Assembly (NCBI RefSeq): GCF_964204645.1
Contig: NC_134027.1
Span: 15,036,485-15,100,484, forward strand
Source of the DNA: Tubulanus polymorphus
Taxonomy: Eukaryota; Animalia; Nemertea
Direction of reading: 5' to 3'
DNA: 64,000 nucleotides
Shown: one piece after another, positions 50,501 to 63,265 of the stretch
How the letters are laid out: every line of letters starts with the position of its first letter
Numbering within the stretch: position 1 is the first letter of the stretch
Notes under the pieces: model-generated
Seen by the model: only the letters and a program-made list of their open reading frames with translations
Database searches by the model: none
Told to the model about the DNA's origin: nothing
Program-made: the position numbers and the translations under genes

Positions 50501-53500
50501 GAAAGTTAAAGCAATTAAAGAATGGCCTCAGCCAGTGACTCCGTCGGGAGTACATTCTTTTATGGGATTAGCATCCTATTATCGTTCGTTTTGTAAAGGG
50601 TTCGCTTCGATAGCTAAACCCTTATACACTCTTACAGAAAAAGGCAAAGAATTTAAGTGGTCACCCGAGTGTGACGCAGCTTTTATAAAGATCAAAGAGT
50701 TATTAACGTCAGCACCTATATTGGCATATCCGGACCCGAATATATCTTTTATACTAGACACAGATGCTAGCAATACGGGGATAGGAGCAGTTTTGTCCCA
50801 AATTCAGGATGGAAAAGAAAGGGTGATAGCATATGCAAGTCGTACGTTAGCCAAGCCTGAAAGAAATTATTGTGTAACGAGACGAGAATTGTTGGCTGTA
50901 GTATCATTCATTAAGCATTTTAAATACTATTTGATGGGCAAGCGTTTCACTTTGAGAACAGACCATGCCTCTTTAAAATGGTTAATGTCATTTAAAGAAC
51001 CAGAGGGACAGATAGCAAGGTGGATATCCGTATTAAGTACTTACGATTTTGAGATCATCCATAGGCCAGGCAAGAATCATGGTAATGCCGATGCATTATC
51101 CAGACAAGAGTGCACACAATGCGATCGTATCACAAGAAAGAATGAGGGCGACTGTAATGAAATGAGAAAGAGTAGAGTAAACAACTTAGTATCAGAAAAA
51201 GATATAACTGAAACTCAATATACGCAAAGCCAATTTTCTCCAGAGGGTCATTGGCTACCTACGAATATATCACAGGCTCAGCGTAACGATCCCGAGTTCA
51301 TGTGGATATTTCCGTATATTGAAAGCAATAGTAAACCAGAATGGTCCGATGCGAGCGAATTAGGCAAAGACGCAAAATTCTATTGGGCTAGGTGGCAACA
51401 GTTAAAGATTATAGAGGATGTTTTATATATCTGTAAACAGGGAGAAGGATTCAGTGAATCCGTTTTACTAAATTATTACCAAAAGATTACAGGGAAGAAG
51501 TTTTATACAGTTTACATAACTCTATAACTGCTGCACATCTAGGGATTCGTAAAACTTTAACAAGAGTGCACGGCCGTTTTTATTGGCATCACATCCGGCA
51601 AGATGTAAGAACGCACTGCTTGTGTTGTTTTGTATGTGGTGCTCGAAAGACACCGGCAGTAAAACCAAAGGCTAGCTTACAGTTATACAGAGTGGGTCTT
51701 CCAATGGAAAGAATAGCTATGGATATTTTGGGTCCATTGCCTACTTCACGCAACGGAATGACCTATATATTAGTAGTTTGTGATTATTTCACAAAGTGGG
51801 TAGAAGCCTATGCTTTACCAGATCGGAGTGCGGAAACCGTAGCGTGCAAATTAGTAGAAGAATTTATATCGAGGTTTGGGGTGCCAAGAATAATTCATAC
51901 AGATCAAGGTGCTAACTTTCAATCTAGATTGATGAAAGAAGTATGTGCATTATTAGAAATAAAGAAAACTAGAACGTGCGCGTATCATCCACAGTCTGAT
52001 GGATTGGTCGAACGATTTAATAGAACTTTATTGAATTGTTTGGCCATGACAATCCATGATGATCAAGAAGATTGGGACGAGTGCCTACCTTACGTAACTA
52101 TGGCGTACAGAGCCACGAAACATGACGTCACAGGCTATTCTCCTAATCACTTGATGCTCGGAAGAGAGGTAGATTTACCAATCGATGTGATTGTGGGTGG
52201 ACCGCCTTCTTAACAGAGTGTTCCAATGCACGCTGTGTGAGTTTAATTCACATCGAGTGAGCCTGTTAAAAGAGCACGTTGGAAAAGTTCATCCAAAAGA
52301 TTTAAATACAGTCAAGGGACATTCGGGCAGATTCATACGCACAGTAGAACCAACAGAACGATACGATCGGGAAGTATTACCAGCAATTCCTCGTTCGATA
52401 ATTCAAAAAGTACCAACAGACGCTAAATTAACCCAACCGGAACCAGTTATAGTAGTACCAGAAATTTCAATTGACGAACTTTTAGAGATAACAGGAAATT
52501 GGCAGGAAGAAAAATCAGTCGTTACACCAAGTGTCAGTCCTTTTAACAGCCCACAGAAGACAGTTAGAAAAGAAAATTTACAAACAGAAACTTCGAATCA
52601 AGACAAAAGACCATGGACGATTCCATTGATACCAGTAGATGTGACGTCCGACCCGAGAAGAAAGATGGTGGAGCATCGGCACGTAGGAGAGATGTTGGGG
52701 GGGGGAATTTGTATTAATCTATCCAGTTGGAAGTAAGGTAGAATGTGAGTTTTGTAATATTTTGAAAAAGAAGTTTTAACTTAAATTGTCATATAATGTA
52801 ATTATTTTCTGGACGAGGACGTCCAGAGCTGGAGGGGGGGGGGGGGGTAGTGTAGCGTTTGTACAATTGTTGTTATTAAAATGTATTGAATTGTATTGAA
52901 TATTTAGAGGGGGCGGGCTAGGCATGTGATATGTAGATCTATGTACTGTTGTTAAATTTAAGATGTTTACTGTATAAAGATATTGTGTATTGATATGTTG
53001 TATAGATGGGGGTGGGATCACTTACTTAAATTCGTATTTTCAACCGGCTAAATATCCGTTGATTTCGGCCATGCTGGTAGTGTCCGTAGCACGCGAGTGG
53101 CGGCGCTATCAGCTGGTGTTGGTTTCTTGTCATGCTAGTTGTTGGGCTAGCGGGGTGGGTCGCTAGGCTGAGCTGCCCGTTGTCATGCTGGGATGCTGGG
53201 GTCAACCGTTTATCATTATTTAACGATATTAACTGTTTTACCGGTCGTGTTGACTCCCATCATCTCAGTTTGACAATTGACAGCCAGACCTGGTAAGCAT
53301 GAGTTGGTTTGTCGGTCAGCTCCGGTCTTTGGCCGGGCTGACCGACCATTCACGTAGTTGGCTCGCTGTAATCAATTCTACTATAATATCTATTTAGTTA
53401 GATATAGCCGTCTCCTTTTATCGTTTTTACGATAATCGTGATCGACAGCTTCCTCTGCTGATATATTTATTAAGAGCTTATTAGTCCCTTAGTTATACGC

Positions 53501-53843
53501 GGTAGCAAAAGAAGTGTCGTCGTACCTCAGTCGTACGTTTGCCTTTATTTTTAAAGACAGGATATTTAGACGGTTTGACTCTAGCTACTAAAGAAACGAA
53601 TTAGATTTTGATTAGAGCGATATTTTATTAGGAATAATGTAAATTTGTAAATAATGTATATAAATATGGTGTACTCTATTATTAGAGTATTCTAAACAGT
53701 TAAATAATAATTTCATACAATATTTCATATGCAGCTTTAGACTAGTCTATTGGTGATTGTCAGAATCTTTACAAGGACTGAGGAACAATTCTTTTCGTAT
53801 CAGGCCGTTTTAAGATTGATTTATATTTATCGGTGGTAAAATG

Positions 53844-54989
53844 CGGTGTTTTCATATCGCGGAAAGACGGAATCGCGGAATTTTCCAAAAACGCGGAATT
53901 TCTTCATTTTTACTTTAAATAGTAAACGGGTTTCCCCACGGGGATACCCACTGTCGGACAGGGCACGGGACCGATCGATGCAACGAGTTAGGTTCGAATC
54001 CCATTATTTGCAGGCAATTTTAAATGGAATTATTATATTACGATACCGTTTACTGGCTGCCACCTGTAGAAGAAGTCAGAATCAAGTGGGGTGAAAGAGA
54101 CCAGGCACCTAATGTCTATTTCTACTAGGCAAACTTCGGTTATCGAAGTTCATCGACTTTTTAAGAACTTCAGAAACGAATATTATCAGATGAATATTGA
54201 GCACGTTCGCGGTGTCGGACCGTAGTTGTAGATGGTTGCAAACATGAAATCCTACGACCAAACAAGTACCGGTTCAAATTCCTTTGAAATTATTATTATT
54301 TTACGGCCGTCCAGTACCGGTAACAATAAGATTCTTTTGATCAAAATAATCAGCATAGGAACATATATGTTATAGCAGTCACAAAGTAAACATTAAAAAA
54401 AAGAAACCATTTTATAATCTTTCATTTCATTTAATTCTAAAAGATAAACCACATTCGCTTATAACAACAATGTAGACACACAACACGCATGGACAATCCT
54501 AAGCCAGAATGAAATATACATAATGTCTATTTATTTTCGTCTGACATCAATCCAGTTCCACAGTTGTGAGTTAACTCTGAGTTACTTAGTATCAATTCAT
54601 TTCCAATGTTTTAAATCCAGAGTCAAATCTTAACTCGGAACTGAGTCCTGGAGAATGACCCATGGTGTCATCACAAATCCTACGTTTACGTACCATCGAT
54701 TTGTATTCCTTCAGTTAATGCAGCGATAGGCCTACTCTGTATCACTGAATTCGCAAAGCACGTATTGCCTAGGTTCTCCATTATTTGGAACAGTATCGTT
54801 AAGTTGTTGACTGGCGATATAATAAATTATCAAATACTAATTCCCGGTGTTGAAAACCTGGGTCCGGTGCCCTGTCCGACAGTGGGTATCCCCGTGGGAA
54901 AACCCGTTTACTATTTATAGTAAAAATGAAGAAATTCCGCGTTTTTGGAAAATTCCGCGATTCCATCTTACCGCGATATGACAACACCG
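53844..54989. mobile_element. Mutator-like MITE, copy 2 (uninterrupted, 1146 bp), inside the Gypsy 3' LTR
   Basis: Long TIRs and an exact 9-bp TSD GGTAAAATG. Confidence 0.92.
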
Positions 54990-55589
54990 GGTAAAATGCC
55001 ACGGTGGAGACGAATAGCAGAGGACTATTTAGTAGGGACTTAGAGCCTACAGCCTATGAGGAGGGAGAATCTATGGTGGAATTTACGACTGCCATTAGTA
55101 TGAAGTGAGGGTTACGAGATTATTCTAAAGACCGGTCGAATGTAGGGTAGATCAAGGTATAATTCGGGGTGGCCAACCTGATTATATGCTGTGGGCCTTA
55201 TGGGCATGTAAGAGACATGTTGCAGAGAAAAATTTTATTCCGTATTCCGGAAAATAGGTTATTCGTGCTCGGTGTGCACGATCTGTATACACTAGATAAG
55301 AATTTTCATATCGTGGCTATTTTTATATATTTATCTCTCTCGGTTTCTCATGAGGATCATCCCTTGTGGCGAGATATTAGTTATTTCCCTTTTTGATTTC
55401 ACTACCAGAAATCATTCGACGTGAGCGAACTCCGTAGCGGGCTTAGAAGATAAGATTGTTACCTGTTTAGACATCCTGACAAGTTAGATGGTTGCCGATT
55501 ACATCGACGAATTTATGAGACGAGCAGAAGAACGACCGCCATATTCGAAGAGAGAGGGCAGCACCGCCTTGCCCCCGTTTTCCGCTACA

Positions 55590-55870
55590 ATTTAACGATT
55601 ATTATAAAAAACCTAAATTAACAAAAGAAGATATGGAAAATATAGAAGAAACATTCACAAACATATTAAAATGTTATTCGGATAATAAAATAACAGATTC
55701 AATTAATTATCAATTCTGTTTAAATAAGATTGTAAATTTTTTAAACATCGATATTATAATTCCATTTGATGAATTAACGAACAAAGAAACAAAGAGAGCT
55801 AGATGAAATGTGGAATAATGTAGAACTTTATTTAAATGAGAAAAATGAAATGAAAATGAAATTAAATTAA
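55590..55870 (+). pseudogene. Putative VLTF3-like protein, C-terminal half
   Basis: Translates KPKLTKEDMENIEETF...SINYQFCLNKIVNFL...PF...LDEMWNNV, resembling the VLTF3 C-terminal pattern. Confidence 0.5.
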
Positions 55871-55913
55871 AGACAATTAAATGAAAATGAAGAAGCCATG
55901 ATGATTTTCTTTT

Positions 55914-58900
55914 TTAATGGCCATAAGGAACGGATTTAAACTAGTTTTTTCAACTTCATTAATGTACTTCTCGTGATCTTCTGATCTTAAACGATTCATT
56001 TTATGTTTCATTACAATTGAGTTATATAAACACTTTATATAATCTTGAAATTCTATGTCATTCTATGTTTATCAACCACATGTTTTGTTATTCCTTTTAA
56101 CTTTTTAGCTTCATGATCTTTTTTTCTATAACTATACATTTTACTTCTTATCCCAACAAATTCAATCATTTCATCGCCCCCTAATTCATCTTTAAATTTA
56201 CCAGGAATTTTTTTATTATCATTGCTAAATAGTTCATGAAGTTTTGGATAATTGATAAGTCAAAATCATGTTTTAATGTTTTTAAGTCTTTTGTTACGTC
56301 ATTTGTCTTGATTTTGAGTATGTAACTGTCAGTATTCTTTAGGATTAATGGAAATCCACAATTAAATGTACCATCTTCAGTTGTTAAATCATAAACATGT
56401 TCTGTAGGATTGGATATTTCAAATAAAACTCTTACTTCTTCTGTTAGTTCATTTTCTACATGCGTTAATTGAAATACATTTAGTTTATCCTTTCTAATAT
56501 TAACTAACATATTAAATCCTAATGAATTGCATAATATATTTAATCCTGATATAGCAACTTTTCCTTTTTGTGTCAAAGATATAGTTTTCTGTTTTGTGTA
56601 GTTTTTTGAACCATCTGCAGCATAGAATCCAATGAAGAACCATTTTCTTGAATTATCTTTTGCATTTAATACATAATCTGGTACTATCTTTAGTTAAAGC
56701 ATTACTTTTAACTATTGCATGAATATAGAATTCATCATTATATTTAATTGCAAAATCTTTAGGATTATTTACATGTATTCTATAAACTGCTGATGATTTC
56801 ATAACATCTATGATTTTAAATGTTTTATTTCGATAAACTTCTTTACAGTATTTCTTTATTCTTTCTAATAATTTCAAATCTTGATTGCATAAGCACCAAC
56901 AATATTGAGTTTGATTAACATGCTTATACACACCTGCTGAACCATCACCCATAAAAAATCCTTTGATAAAATATTCTTTTTCTTCTAATGTTTCAGGTTC
57001 TCTATTTTAAATATTATAAATTATTTCATCAAATGACATATGATTCATTCTTTGGAAAAATATTTTATGTAATAATTCATCTCCAATTTTTATATCAGTT
57101 GGTTTTATTTCATCACCATTTTGTTTAATTAAAATATGATCTTCAGTAACACCAACGAATCCTGATTTAGTTCTAACTCTATAGATTTTCTTATTTGTTT
57201 TATGCCTAATAATATTCTTTAATTTTTTCCATCCATTTCTTGTCCAAACATCCATTAATCCATTTATTTGTATTAATTCTTTTCACCATATGAAATATAA
57301 AGTTCATTTTGTTTTGGAATTATTTCTGAAATTCTTCTAATTAATATTTGGTTATTGTATTTTAATAATATGGGGGTATCAGCTGTTACAGAATCAAAAT
57401 ATAATATTTCAATATGTTTTTCCCCATAAAGTGGTTGTAAAACATTATAATAAAAATCATACATTAATAATTTTGATATTTCTAAAACAGTTGAACCAAT
57501 GAATATAGGTTTATTAAATTTCATTGACGTTCTTTTTAATTTTTCTGCTGTTAAATAAACTTCAAATCTTTTATTTCCTAAATAGGACTTGATTGTAAAT
57601 GTCTCAATCGTTCAGAATTATTTACTAATTCAATATCATTTCTATTTCTAATATTTTCACGTTTTTCAGTAAAAACTATTATTCATTAATTTGAAGGAAT
57701 CTTTTTCAAAATCTGTTTTTGATATGGTCCTCTGTTGAGTATTAAAATCTATATATTTTTCTAACCACTTCGATTGATTAAATTCAATATATCTATGTAC
57801 TTTCTATAATTTCATTCCTTGTTTTGGATAAAATTTTAACATTCTATAATGAACAATATAATTGTATTTATTATTTTGAGTAAGTATTAATTTTTGTGTA
57901 AAAACATGATCTTTCGGTTTTATTTTCTTCTTGTATTCACTTAAATAACTATCATCTGCGGCTAAATGTTCTGGGCAATATGGTAAGTTTCTTGTTTTAA
58001 ACCTAATGTTATCAGGATATTCTAAATCAACTACAAAAAATAACCAATTGGTGCTTCATCTTCTAAACTCATAATTGCGCTTTCCCAATTAGTTTTATCA
58101 TCATTTTCAACTTCTGTTGAAACATAAAATTTTTACATGGTTGGGGTTGCATCATTGCCCAACCATATACATTATTAGCGTCAATATATAATAATTTATA
58201 TTCATCGTTTGCTTTAAAATGTCTCCCATAACATCTCCCATAAAATCTCCCATAACACCACTTATTCCACCTCTAATTGATTTTTCAAATAATAAAACCA
58301 TGTCTGGTTCTTTTAATAAATCTAATTCTACATTTGTATATTTAAACCACATTGCCAGGTTAAGCCAGGACTTGAATAACAATAACAGGGATCAACATTA
58401 AAATTAACTTCTCTGAATTTTTCAAATATATCAGCCATTATCATAACATCTGATTTTAAATATAAATCTACTTATTCACCATGATTTTTTTATCTTAAAA
58501 TGATTCCAAATATTTAATGTTCTATTTAACACTTCATCTTTCACATACTCCTCTTTTAATTGATCATAAAATTGTTCTTTTAATAATTCTGTCATCATGT
58601 GTTTTATAAAATGAATAAGGAATTGCACCTTTAAATCTCAATAATTTAAAATCTTGTTCATTTGGATAATAATGTGAGTTATTATGAAATCATTATCAAC
58701 TAAACTTTTTGCTAAATTATCTAATGAACTTGCTAAAAATCTATAAGAATCTAAAATTCTAATGCAACCAAATTGAAATGAAATACAATTTTCAGATGTC
58801 TTAGCTAATAGTTTAAAATCATATTTTCTTACATTTGCGCCATTCATAGCATTATATTCTTCTATTTCCTGATTAATTGTGCCCAATTTTCCTGATAATT

Positions 58901-60194
58901 GTTTTGTAAATAGATGGGTATCATAGCCTGATAAATTATGAAATAATATTGGTACGAAATTGACTTTCTTAGCTCGTAAATTGCAATCTTCATGAGCAGC
59001 TCCACGATATTTTGTATTTAAATGATCATGATCTCAACTTTTTTTATCAAATGAATAAACACGTTTTTCACAGTAACAACAATGAGTTGCATAATTGAAA
59101 TCAATTTCATCTTCTTTTGTCATAACTTTTCTTTTATTTTTGTTTAATAATTTTGCAAAATCATTTTCTATTTCAATTATTGGATTACAAATTTCATTTA
59201 CTACATATTCACCTCTAAAAGAAATATATTGACTTTCATATAATTCAGGATAATTTGATTTTATATAAATTCCATAAGCAGCAGCTCTTTGATGAACTTT
59301 TTTAATTGTATTTACAATTGGTGGGTCTTGAATTACGTCTTCATTTAATTCATTTCCTTCGTCCATTGATTTTAGAAATTGCTTTTTGTTATATATTGCT
59401 TTTCTATCTTGATCATTTAATTCTTTATTCAACGATTCAAAATCCCCATAAATTACAAATGGTACTATATTTTTAAATTTATGATTAATAAATTTCAACT
59501 TACAATCTTTTTTGTTGGCATTATTAATTTGCAAAAATCTTTATTATCACATAATTCTTTATGTTTTAGTAATGCATTTTCAGTTCTAAATTAAGATAAA
59601 CATTTTCTATATAAATATATTTTATGACTGTTAAGATCACTTTCTGTTCTAAAGAATAATTCTATTTGTTTTAACCACATATAATGTTCATTTTCATCTT
59701 CTTTATAGTATAATAAATCTATAACATTTTCATCATCATAATATTCTGTTAAATATAAAGCTTCTAATGTATAATCTTTAATATTTTCACCTTTTGTCTC
59801 TGGTAATTGCATTAATTCGAATACTTTTATTTTTAAATTATTAACTTTTTCTACTTTAGGAATCATTTTTATAGTTACTGGATATTGATCAATTTTATAT
59901 AATGTTTCATATTTCCGGTAATTTGTTATTTTACAAACATTTTCCTGAGTTGGGTGTAAACAACTAATAATTGACCATAGAAAACATTTATTGTCTTCAT
60001 TTTGAACATTTATTACTGCTTTTGTTGTAAATGGTAATTTAATATAAGATGATGCTTTAATATCCTTTTCTGTTGTAAAGTTTGAATCATTTTTAAATAT
60101 TCTTTTACTTTTTGATGCTTTATTCCTTTTTGTATTATAAACATTTAAATCTAAAAATACAATTTCATTCAATGTTAAACCAGAACCCTCAAAA
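55914..60194 (-). pseudogene. polB: Polinton/adintovirus-type protein-primed family B DNA polymerase, decayed
   Basis: SSYIKLP...NKCFLWSI...EHY (vOTU-like), IYGDFES (ExoI), CCYC...DHDH...GAAH..CN (EndoVII-like insert), FHNLSGYD (ExoII), IRGGIS, YIDANNVYGWAM (motif A), FKLMNNSFY (motif B), YFD/TDS (motif C), ending PYGH*. Confidence 0.93.
56334..57392 (-). mobile_element. Intein with LAGLIDADG homing endonuclease in PolB motif C
   Basis: YFD|SVTADTPILL (block A), GVTEDH (block B TxxH), IKGFFMGDGS and FIGFYAADGS (two LAGLIDADG motifs), VYDLTT..GTF (block F), LKN|TDS (block G with +1 Thr). 1059 bp with at least one stop and two frameshifts. Confidence 0.92.
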
Positions 60195-60198
60195 TGAA

Positions 60199-63100
60199 AG
60201 GCTGAATCCAAGAACATGTCTATCGCACTTTTGAGCCCAAACGTCTACTTTTACTTAGTAGCCACTGAGAACAATAAGCAATTAACGATATCGGCTACTT
60301 ATCCAGTAGTATACATTTCAAAACAGTCACTCTGAAATAGTATTCGTTTCAATTCGGTTGGTTTTTCATAGTGGCTGTTTCGAAGAGTCTACTATTGAAA
60401 AGTAGTGACCACTTGAAAACATCTGGTTTTGATAGTGCACACTAGCAGTAGAGGTGTCTGTAAAACCACCCGTCTGTAAACAGTGACTTTGTGATAGTAA
60501 CTCATACCATAACGGCTACTCTCAAAACATATCGTTTCTAAAAGTAAACTATTGAAAAGTGACCATTTTGAGATCGCTTGCCAGATTCCCTGTTATAAAT
60601 ACACTGTAGCAACATATGCTTCAGATTTGCAGTGATACGTGACAATATAAACATACTGAGAAACTCTACCCACCTATAGTTTGGGGTATAGTTCTATTTA
60701 GAGTGACTCTTAAGATCTGAAGATATTGTACATACTCTTTGAGGATGTGAAATGTAATGATCGATTCCCAACTCTAACCAATAAAAGTCGAGATTGGAGT
60801 TAAATTCATTTACAAATTGTCAAAAGTCATGTAGTTTTAAGACAAATCGAAATTTCCTTCTTTTTCATGGCGATATAATTTAATGAGGAATTCAATTTGA
60901 ACAAATGCAGCTATTTTCAAGCATAGGGCTGCATTTATTTTTGATTTAAATTCTTTGATTAAAAGCGCAATCATAAATTCAGGCTAACCTCTTATTATTG
61001 AAATGGTGGTTTATTTTCAACGGGGGGCCTGGATGTCTTTGCATCTTAAATTACGATCTGTTCGAATTTCCCTGAATTCTAATTTCGCTGCATCATTGAT
61101 TTTTTTAAACAAAATATGCTATGTATATCCATGTGGATTTTAAATATTCTAAAGAAATCATCTAAATCAAGCCTATATTTGATCAAATTTGATATCAATA
61201 AGAAACTTTGTATGGTATTCAAGATTTAATTTGGTGAAACCGCAACGTTTCGACGGGTGACTAAAACAGCCATCATCAGGTGGAATGTAGACATTCCTAG
61301 TGAGAAGGCCTTTTAGTCAGATGGCTGTCAGTCAACATCCGAACCGTTGTGGTTTAACTTTAATAAATTTCATGATACAAAATTCTATTGTGGAATTTCC
61401 TCATTTATCTACAGTTAACGGATTAGAGTATTTTATTTGACTTCTTCGGGTCCTGTAGTCAATTAGGTCGAAAATTATTCACTTTTCGGCTCGGAAGCGA
61501 TATACAACCGTGTTGGTCGCTATGATAGGGATTCCCTGTATATCTGCACCTTAGATCGGTACCTTTGTTGGTTCTAGCCTCGGTACCTTTGTTGCGTTCG
61601 CTTCCAAATTCAAGTATTGGTATCGTTATTCTTACTCTGAATGCACTTCTGTTGTCGAACATGGTGCCACATATTAGTAGTTATTATTTTACGATAATTT
61701 GTAAAAATGAGTTTAGTTGGAAAAAACTGATAATTATCACAAATGATCATTGGTTCATCGATTAAGCGAAGTTCAAACACCATTTTGGCGTATTATTTTA
61801 TTGGCACCTTGAAATAAAGTTTCATAGAGATATTGCGGTGCTAAGTTTATTACTATTATGAGGTAATTACTTTTGGTTCGAGGTCTTTTGGTGGCCAATG
61901 CAGTTTGTTCATTCGTTCATCAATCACTGTCTAGTTAGCCAGTGTAATTGACCTGCTGACCGATAGCTGCTGCTGGGTTTTTGAAAACCTATATAAACAA
62001 TTTACTCAACAAAGTAGGAAAGTGTGTGAAACTGAAATTACAGCCTATCGCATTTCTTTCACTTCTTAAGCCAAACGAAGTTTTCTGTATCAAATGAAAT
62101 TGCTGATTTCAAAATTACGTGAATATCTCAACACTGCCCTTTTACACGCTAATCTTGTGATCTTTTATAATAAGTTGGTAATTTCATTTCAACCAAACTG
62201 TATAACTATGAAATAATATTTGATCAGGCAATCACTTCTGGCAAGCGATAAAACGATTCATGAACAAGCCAAGAACAGCGTGACGAAGTGAACATAACAT
62301 TGATTACTTAAAACCCTTTGTATCGAAATAAACAATAAATTCAAGGTTAATTCTTAGTATTTTAGATACATTTTTTTCGGAATATTTTGTATAGTCTTCA
62401 TCCAGATAATGAGATAATAAGACGTTATTCATTTCATGAACATATGATTTTATTTGTATATTCCTTTCTCATATATCCTTAAAACAAATTAAGCCTAAAT
62501 GACAAATTTATTCTTTTATCTTTCTTTTCTACAAAATCAAAGATTTATGAACGCACCAGAATGTTTTATAATCGTAAATGTAAAACAAAAATCTTAAAAT
62601 TCTTAATTAGGACTGGCACTATATTAGTATTAATGGATTTAATCCTTGATGATGTTATATAAATCAATAGTTTTCCTATTGGATATTGCTATTTTGTTGA
62701 GCGTAATATAAATTAGGGGAATCTTGGCAACTCCAAAACTTGGATTTTCTATTCACAGAACTGTATTCAAATCATACAGAGTTCTGTATACAAAGCATAT
62801 AGGGTTTAACGTAACCTTTGAACCTGTCACGTATCACTGCAAATTTTTAACAGATGCTGCTATTTTGAACAGGAAATTACCAGGCCATCTCAAAATGGCC
62901 ACTTTTCAATGGTTCAATGATAGAAACGATATGTTTTGAGAGTAGATGTTATGGTAGGAGTTACTATCACAAAGTCACTGTTTACAGGCGGGTGGTTTTA
63001 CACATCACCTCTACTGCTACTGTGCACTATCAAAACCAGATGTTTTGAAATGGTCACTTTTCAATAGTAGACTCTTCGAAACAGCCACGATAGAAAACCA

Positions 63101-63261
63101 ACCGAATTGAAAGGAATACTATTTCAGAGTGACTGTTTTGAAATGTATACTACTGGAAAAGTAACCGATATCGTTAATTGCTTATTGTTCTCAAGTGGCT
63201 ACTAAGTAAATGTAGACGTTTGGGCTCAAAAGTGCGATAGACATGTTCTTGGATTCAGCCT
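60199..63261. mobile_element. Non-autonomous long-TIR DNA transposon (Kolobok-like termini) inserted in PolB
   Basis: TIRs of at least ~450 bp starting AGGCTGAATCCAAGAACATGTC, flanked by TGAA and TTCA. Removing the element and one 4-mer restores the PolB frame (KETYxxFEGSG). Confidence 0.8.
61240..61283 (-). ncRNA. Second Penelope-type minimal hammerhead, with an inverted truncated copy at ~61320-61413
   Basis: CCAC-CTGATGA-TGGC...GTC-GAAAC-GTT-GCGG, same family as 1727-1768. Confidence 0.6.
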
Positions 63262-63265
63262 TTCA

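Larger units (their letters stand above)
47001..55589 (+). mobile_element. Gypsy retrotransposon, decayed, with a rearranged 5' LTR and a long 3' LTR (52851-55589 including a MITE)
   Basis: PBS TGGTGTCAGAAGTGGGAT (47571-47588, tRNA-Leu-like). gag 47799-48855 (CYNCQQKGHIARQC), protease LVDTGA, RT YLDD, RNase H and integrase to ~52213, with several stops. Poly-G PPT precedes TGTAGCG at 52851. Confidence 0.92.

Noticed and set aside
47001-55589. DIRS-type element suggested by the terminal inverted repeats
   Set aside because: It encodes a DDE integrase and a protease and has a PBS and PPT. No tyrosine recombinase is visible.
55914-60194. Bacterial, phage or organellar contamination as the source of the intein-PolB
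   Set aside because: The region is interleaved with animal-type LTR elements and MITEs, one MITE family and the hammerhead family are shared with the left part of the window, and the PolB is decayed like a nuclear pseudogene.
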